Origin: a virus
Lineage: Duplodnaviria > Caudoviricetes
Strand: one strand, 5' to 3'
IMG/VR virus record: IMGVR_UViG_3300049924_000109
Coordinates: 1-40,943 of that record
DNA: 40,943 bases
Each line of letters begins with the position of its first letter. Within the stretch, counting starts at the first letter, position 1. The notes under the pieces are model-generated. The model ran no database searches. It saw nothing but the letters and a program-made list of their open reading frames with translations, and was not told the DNA's origin. A program made the position numbers and the translations under genes. Below, in pieces: positions 35,672-40,943 of the stretch.

Positions 35672-36730
35672 TTAGTCTAAAGTTACCGATTCATCTGCCG
35701 CATCGTCAATCAACGAGGCTTGCTGATATTTATTCTCAGCGTCAAACCGCTTGGATGCAAGGCTTAGATTTATCTTTGCTTGCTTGAAATAGCTATCCTT
35801 AAGCTCAATCCCAATAGCTTTGCGCCCAAGGCTTACAGGACTGTAAACCTCACTGCCAACACCCATAAACGGGGTTAATATTACTTCACCTGGATTGCTA
35901 TACATCTCAACCAGCCTGTCAATCACGTCTAATTGCAGTGGGTGAACGTGCTTTTCGTCATCATCTTCTTTTGCGTCCCTAAACGGCAAAACATTATCAA
36001 CTTGAATGTCGTCCCACACACTAGATGCGTAACGCTGCCAAATATAATGACTCAGTTTGTTAGTGCGCGCATCAGTATGATCTCGGTAATGAGTGTTTAA
36101 ATGCTCCCAAAGCTGATCATGCGTGAATTTTGTTTCGTTAGTGTTGTTCCAAATTCTAACCATTTCAGGAAGAATTGGTGTCGAACCAAAATAACGTTTA
36201 AACCCTTCAGGGTGAGTTACTGGCACTTCATTTTCCCCGTTTCGCGTGAATATCAAAACGTAATCAGGCATTGCAGTAAAGCACTTTGTTGAATCCTCAA
36301 TAATGAATTTGTGCATTAGACTTTGAACCATTGTCCGAGTTCTAACCCTTAAAGGCTCTTTCCATACTGTGATTCTGTTTCTATATGTAAACCCGTGCTT
36401 TTCATGCAGCCGAATAATCTCATGCGGGAAGTCCCAAAGTCGTGAGGCATGATCAAAAACATCCTGACAATGCACGGCAGTGATGCGCCCAGGCTTCATG
36501 ATGCGCTTCATTTGAACAATCAGGAATTCATACTGAACCAGAAACTGCTCACGGGCGTCACAGTTGCTGAAGTCTCGCGGGTCACTGCTATACGTATAAA
36601 GCCCGCAAAATGGCGGAGAATATATAGATAAATCAACGGACTTATCAGGTATTGTTGGTACAACCTCCATGCAGTCACTGTTATAAATTGCGTATTCTTG
36701 CGTGATTATTTGATCTTTAGCGGTTGACAT
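35672..36730 (-). CDS. amino (N4-C/N6-A) DNA methyltransferase, beta class
   Basis: IYSPPF catalytic motif before the TPFMGVGSE SAM-binding motif; KHVHPLQLDVI. Confidence 0.88.
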   Translation of the reverse strand: MSTAKDQIITQEYAIYNSDCMEVVPTIPDKSVDLSIYSPPFCGLYTYSSDPRDFSNCDAREQFLVQYEFLIVQMKRIMKPGRITAVHCQDVFDHASRLWDFPHEIIRLHEKHGFTYRNRITVWKEPLRVRTRTMVQSLMHKFIIEDSTKCFTAMPDYVLIFTRNGENEVPVTHPEGFKRYFGSTPILPEMVRIWNNTNETKFTHDQLWEHLNTHYRDHTDARTNKLSHYIWQRYASSVWDDIQVDNVLPFRDAKEDDDEKHVHPLQLDVIDRLVEMYSNPGEVILTPFMGVGSEVYSPVSLGRKAIGIELKDSYFKQAKINLSLASKRFDAENKYQQASLIDDAADESVTLD

Positions 36731-38097
36731 TAAATAAACTCCGGTAGTTGAACGGTTTGAGAAAATGCTTTACGTGTTAATGTAAAGTCTTGGTTTACTG
36801 AACTAACTAGATTTTGGTACAGCTGCTGCGCTTTTTCTGTTTTTTGCTGCAGGGCATCAATTACGCGCTGCTGACCTTCACTTATTACCATATCGCAGGT
36901 GACTTCTTGTTTTTGACCGAATCTCCAGAATCTGCGGATTGCTTGGTAATATTGCTCGTAACTCCATGTTGGAAAAAATACAGTGTGATTACAGTGCTGC
37001 CAATTTAGGCCCATGCTAGTCATTTTCGCCTTGGTAATTAGTCGTTTAATATCACCACGCGCAAAACTCACTAAAATTTCCTCTTTTTGATCAATACTCA
37101 TCCCGCCAGTTATTTCAACTGCATCAGGGTCGAGTTTAGACAAAAGATCACTTTCTTCATTAAAATTGCACCAATATACTGACGTTCTACTATTGGCAAG
37201 CCTAACCGCTAACTCACACCGCCTTGCAATTGTCGCCTTTTGCTCGGCCTTGACTTCAGACATTGTCCTGGCTGGCTTAATGTATAGTTCTCCCTGACCG
37301 CCAGTTGACCACGCTGAATCACTTTCAGTAGTGTGAGTATTGACGTGTAATGCTGGCAGGTCATAGCCTTTATCACTAAACCCCAAGTCGGACGGCCGTT
37401 TGACCATGACTGACCAGCTATTGACCCACGCAAAAAAATCTCGTTCAGCGTGTGCAAGTAGTCGAAATTTGTTGCCTATGTTTCGATTGTTACTGTCAGC
37501 GTCATTTTGTGTACTTTTGAAAAATCGGCCAAGCATGTCCATATACCCAAGGTATCCAAGCGCCTCAGAGCTATTGCCAAGCTCAATAAAGTCGTTAGGG
37601 CTTGGAGTAGCAGTTGACAAAAATCGGTAAGAGACCTTTTTAATGAAGGCCATAATGGCGGCCTTAGTTGCGCCGTTGAAGTTTTTCAAAATGCTGGACT
37701 CATCCAGCATCACACAAACAAAGTCATCAGGGCTTAGCAGGTGCATGCGCTCGTAATTGCAAATAGTAATTTTTGCAGACAGCTTGCCGTCTTTGCTATG
37801 GGCAATGTCATCTACTCCAATCCGGTGTGCCTCATCAATGAATTGAAAGGCCACGGCAAGCGGAGTGAGAATCAGCACACGCCCGTTTGTTTTCCTGATG
37901 ATGTTTTCGGCAATTGCCACCTGAATCAGGGTCTTGCCCAATCCCGTGTCAGCAAATACGCCGATGCGCCCCTTGCGCAATGCCTTTGCTATAACATGCT
38001 GCTGAAAATCAAAAGCACTATCAGGCATCCAAACCGGGTCAAACCCAAAGTTACCAATGCTATGGGTTTTTGACTTTATAAAGTCTGCGTAATCCAT
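36730..38097 (-). CDS. SF2 (SNF2-like) helicase
   Basis: DTGLGKT Walker A, LDESS, TATPSPN, QAIRRFWRFGQ. Confidence 0.9.
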   Translation of the reverse strand: MDYADFIKSKTHSIGNFGFDPVWMPDSAFDFQQHVIAKALRKGRIGVFADTGLGKTLIQVAIAENIIRKTNGRVLILTPLAVAFQFIDEAHRIGVDDIAHSKDGKLSAKITICNYERMHLLSPDDFVCVMLDESSILKNFNGATKAAIMAFIKKVSYRFLSTATPSPNDFIELGNSSEALGYLGYMDMLGRFFKSTQNDADSNNRNIGNKFRLLAHAERDFFAWVNSWSVMVKRPSDLGFSDKGYDLPALHVNTHTTESDSAWSTGGQGELYIKPARTMSEVKAEQKATIARRCELAVRLANSRTSVYWCNFNEESDLLSKLDPDAVEITGGMSIDQKEEILVSFARGDIKRLITKAKMTSMGLNWQHCNHTVFFPTWSYEQYYQAIRRFWRFGQKQEVTCDMVISEGQQRVIDALQQKTEKAQQLYQNLVSSVNQDFTLTRKAFSQTVQLPEFI

Positions 38098-38159
38098 ATT
38101 TATCCTTTAATTGTTGAAGCCTCTATTGTAGCGCAAATTATGCGCTTTTTACTAAGTAT

Positions 38160-39056
38160 TTACCCTTGGTTTTGTGTTAGCAGTCGCCAAGCTGCGGCGC
38201 GGCACTGTGGGACTTGCCCATTTCCAATGGCTTTAAGTCGGTGTGTCCTATGGGCCACCCCATCAGTTGTTCTACCCAACTCGGATTCAGTAGACCACCA
38301 GCTTGTGCCGCCAGTGTTGGTGTATTGCGTAGGGCCTCCGAAGGTGCATTTGTTTCTTTTGAGTTGTGCGCTGTCGGTGTCGGCCACATCTTTACCACAG
38401 TGGCAAGACCGTCCCCACTGGTTGCACTGGCACCCTTGCGGTTGTAATTCCCGCAGACTGTTGGCGTGGGCCAAAGTTGCTTTCTTGCCATCAATGCCAG
38501 CGTCGGGCGCGGCTTCCCGCCGATTGATGTATTGATTCTCCCCGAGCCTGCATCCATTGCTACGGGAGTGGGCAAGAATCCAGATTCTGTTCCTTTTGTG
38601 ATGCGCCCCAACATCGGCAGCTCCCAGCACTGTCCATTTAGCATCAAACCCGAGCGCGGCAAGGTCACTGAGCACCCTGTCCAATCCTCTACTAACGAGA
38701 GCTGGGCTGTTTTCAATGAATGCGAATCTCGGTCGTACTTCGCCAATGATGCGCGCCATCTCCCGCCAGAGTCCACTACGCTCTCCGTCCAGTCCGTCGC
38801 CTCTGCCTGCAACTGATATGTCTTGGCACGGGAAGCCTCCAGAAACAACGTCAACAATTCCGCACCACGGTTTCCCGTCAAAGGTTCGCACGTCATCCCA
38901 AACCGGGAAAGGCGGGAATACTCCGTTGGCTTGTCTGGCCAGTAATACTGATCTGGCGTATGCGTCAAATTCGACTGCACAGACGGTACGGTGTCCAAGG
39001 AGCTGCCCCCCAAGAATGCCGCCACCAGCTCCGGCGAAAAGCTCCAACTCATTCAT
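38160..39056 (-). CDS. C5 cytosine DNA methyltransferase, alpha polypeptide
   Basis: LFAGAGG (I), GGFPCQD (IV), ENS (VI), HKRNRIW (VIII), RLKAIGNGQV (X); motif IX absent. Confidence 0.9.
   Translation of the reverse strand: MNELELFAGAGGGILGGQLLGHRTVCAVEFDAYARSVLLARQANGVFPPFPVWDDVRTFDGKPWCGIVDVVSGGFPCQDISVAGRGDGLDGERSGLWREMARIIGEVRPRFAFIENSPALVSRGLDRVLSDLAALGFDAKWTVLGAADVGAHHKRNRIWILAHSRSNGCRLGENQYINRREAAPDAGIDGKKATLAHANSLRELQPQGCQCNQWGRSCHCGKDVADTDSAQLKRNKCTFGGPTQYTNTGGTSWWSTESELGRTTDGVAHRTHRLKAIGNGQVPQCRAAAWRLLTQNQG
38177..39052 (-). CDS. C5 methyltransferase beta polypeptide (TRD repeats + motif IX) in overlapping frame
   Basis: 291-aa open frame with three (L/W)PTP repeats and LNPSWVEQLMGWPIGHT (motif IX-like). 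Confidence 0.7.
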   Translation of the reverse strand: MSWSFSPELVAAFLGGSSLDTVPSVQSNLTHTPDQYYWPDKPTEYSRLSRFGMTCEPLTGNRGAELLTLFLEASRAKTYQLQAEATDWTESVVDSGGRWRASLAKYDRDSHSLKTAQLSLVEDWTGCSVTLPRSGLMLNGQCWELPMLGRITKGTESGFLPTPVAMDAGSGRINTSIGGKPRPTLALMARKQLWPTPTVCGNYNRKGASATSGDGLATVVKMWPTPTAHNSKETNAPSEALRNTPTLAAQAGGLLNPSWVEQLMGWPIGHTDLKPLEMGKSHSAAPQLGDC

Positions 39057-39216
39057 GATTCTCCTTTAATTTATCACGAACACCCTGCATCAATTCTGCC
39101 CACGGTAGTAGTGCATCGTAGTATTTAAGTGCCTTGCGTGCGTAGTCTGGCTGTGTTTGTTTCATGGCTAGGATATGGTCTATGTAGTCTTGACGGGTTT
39201 TACATTGATTCGACAT
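39049..39216 (-). CDS. small hypothetical protein
   Basis: probable ATG at 39216; fills the gap between helicase and MTase. Confidence 0.5.
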   Translation of the reverse strand: MSNQCKTRQDYIDHILAMKQTQPDYARKALKYYDALLPWAELMQGVRDKLKENHE

Positions 39217-40183
39217 GAGGGTAGTTTGCAAAAAATTGGGCACGTCCTCCGGGTTCTGCGACAAATTGCCCTGCATCTCTATGTCTCCAAAGTCCAATAA
39301 GCGGCTCACCGTCTGCGCTGCCTTCATAATTCCGCTGTTTGCGGCAAATCACAAAGCAATCAGGCTCTGTTTGTTTGTTTGATCTCTCTCCCTGCGACTT
39401 GTATGCATCCTCTTTGGGTTTGTTTCTCCACACCATAAACAAGTTATCCACTTGGTCAGTTATTGACCCGCTCCCCTTCGTATCGTGTTTGTCTGGCATA
39501 TCCGATTCTTTTGGAGGTTTTTTCAAGTGGTGAACCAAATGCACGTGAACATCACAATCTTTTGCAATGGCGCAAAGATTGTCTACAAATATTTTTTGCC
39601 CGTTGTAATCGTCCTCGGCCTTAACGCACTTCATTAGCGAATCAATAAAAATGTGGGTTATTCCAAGTTCCTGCGAGCAATATTTCACCATGCCTAAAAC
39701 AGTTTCAGGGTAAGCTGTTCCTGTCTGGTCATAAAGCCACATCTTTTGCGTTGTCCATCCTCCAAAATCATCGTAAAGCGTATCCAGCACATCAAGTCCA
39801 CTGTCACCCTGATACTCTGGTGAAAATGGATTTGTTCCAGCAAACATCCTTACCATGCGACCGATGGTTGTAACTGGCTTCATTTCAAAGCTGGCAATAC
39901 AAACCTTTTCTCCTTGACCCACCAGCGATAGGGCGACCTGCGTGGTTACGTCCGTTTTACCGTGCCCGTTTTGCCCAGCCCAAACGCTAACCTCTCCGCG
40001 CCGAAATTCAAAACTATCATTGCACTTAGGCCATGGTAGATACGTGCGCTTTGCTCTCGCATGGCTTCGCAAACGATCTTTTGCGTCTTGCACAAAATCA
40101 CTCGCTGGCTTTACTTTGGTTTTTGCGTCCGTGTCTTTTAGGTACGCAGCAAAATCAATATCGTCTGCCAAAAACTCAGGCAT
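39200..40183 (-). CDS. DnaB/T7 gp4-like replicative helicase
   Basis: AGQNGHGKT Walker A, IASFEM, IFIDSL, HLVHH, KGSGSITDQVDN, KQRN. Confidence 0.9.
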   Translation of the reverse strand: MPEFLADDIDFAAYLKDTDAKTKVKPASDFVQDAKDRLRSHARAKRTYLPWPKCNDSFEFRRGEVSVWAGQNGHGKTDVTTQVALSLVGQGEKVCIASFEMKPVTTIGRMVRMFAGTNPFSPEYQGDSGLDVLDTLYDDFGGWTTQKMWLYDQTGTAYPETVLGMVKYCSQELGITHIFIDSLMKCVKAEDDYNGQKIFVDNLCAIAKDCDVHVHLVHHLKKPPKESDMPDKHDTKGSGSITDQVDNLFMVWRNKPKEDAYKSQGERSNKQTEPDCFVICRKQRNYEGSADGEPLIGLWRHRDAGQFVAEPGGRAQFFANYPHVESM

Positions 40184-40520
40184 GTGCCACCTCGCTTGCG
40201 TGATAAATTTCAGTCCATCCTGCCTGCTCCCAAGGCTTTACGCCTTTTTGCATGTGGCAAGCTGCTACGGTCTTAGCGCCAAACCATTTAGCCTTCGCAA
40301 AAATGGCCTTCGCCCTGCTTTCAAAAGGGGATGATATGCTTACCCGTAGGCCAACTAAAAAACGTAAATCAAGGCTAGAAAGCGCATCGCCATCGGTTGA
40401 AATTGTCACATGATCGCCATGTTCAAACCAATCTGTCTTGCAGGGATAGTCATTCAAAAATACGATTTTTGGCACTTTTCCAGCTTTGCGAAGTTTGATT
40501 AATGTATCGTGGCCTTTCAT
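40176..40520 (-). CDS. hypothetical protein (replication module)
   Basis: ATG at 40520 overlaps the TAA of the upstream rep gene. Confidence 0.65.
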   Translation of the reverse strand: MKGHDTLIKLRKAGKVPKIVFLNDYPCKTDWFEHGDHVTISTDGDALSSLDLRFLVGLRVSISSPFESRAKAIFAKAKWFGAKTVAACHMQKGVKPWEQAGWTEIYHASEVAHA

Positions 40521-40942
40521 TAAATAGCTCCTGCCCATGAATTAGGTGTCGGTTTTGATTTATCTGCAACCCAATCAGCCTTAAACCCACGCCACCCACG
40601 GGCGCAGCATTCTTTCAATGCGTCATCAAGTGACCATCCTGCTTTTATGGCTTCTCGATTTATTGCGTCTAATGCTGTTTGTGTAATTTTTACTTTCCTG
40701 CTTTTTTTAAAGTCTTGCCAAACAGAATCAGAAACGCCTTCAGGCGTTGGTATCTCTGTATTTACTACTTCTTTTCTCTTCTCTTCTCTTCTCTTCTCTG
40801 GTTGCGATTTTGTTACGCTTGTATCGTTACAGTTTGCGTAACTTCTTGCCTTTTCAACCCTGTTTTTGCTCAGAGCACGCTGTTTTGCGGTTTCGCCATT
40901 GTGATAATCAAAGTTAGGTAGGCTTACATTGTGCCCATCTTG
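40520..40942 (-). CDS. phage replication initiator, C-terminal part (5' end outside window)
   Basis: manual translation LPNFDYHNGETAKQRA...EKRREEKR...VWQDF...RGWRGFKADW; directly upstream of the helicase module. Confidence 0.75.
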   Translation of the reverse strand, partial: QDGHNVSLPNFDYHNGETAKQRALSKNRVEKARSYANCNDTSVTKSQPEKRREEKRKEVVNTEIPTPEGVSDSVWQDFKKSRKVKITQTALDAINREAIKAGWSLDDALKECCARGWRGFKADWVADKSKPTPNSWAGAI

Positions 40943-40943
40943 C

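Noticed and set aside
1-40943. Stop-codon reassignment
   Set aside because: Core genes are full length under the standard code and use TAA, TGA and TAG as stops

Overview
Nearly complete genome segment of a tailed dsDNA phage with a contractile tail (myovirus). A proteobacterial, possibly Betaproteobacterial, host is an inference from gene content. The minus strand runs from a replication initiator and DnaB-like helicase (right end) through DNA-modification and nin-like accessory genes, terminase, portal, head, neck, tail and baseplate genes to a lysis cassette. A few plus-strand accessory genes converge on it at the left end. Main unusual features: (1) a 328-aa intein in the head morphogenesis gene whose probable homing endonuclease is encoded on the opposite strand as a separate gene with its own RBS; (2) a Mom-like DNA-modification gene whose 3' end folds into a D-armless tRNA-Gly-like structure ending in CCA; (3) a C5 methyltransferase split over two fully overlapping reading frames; (4) a promoter-driven structured ncRNA candidate; (5) repeated promoter/RBS cassettes and probable leaderless structural-gene mRNAs. 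All family assignments come from motif recognition and synteny, not database searches.
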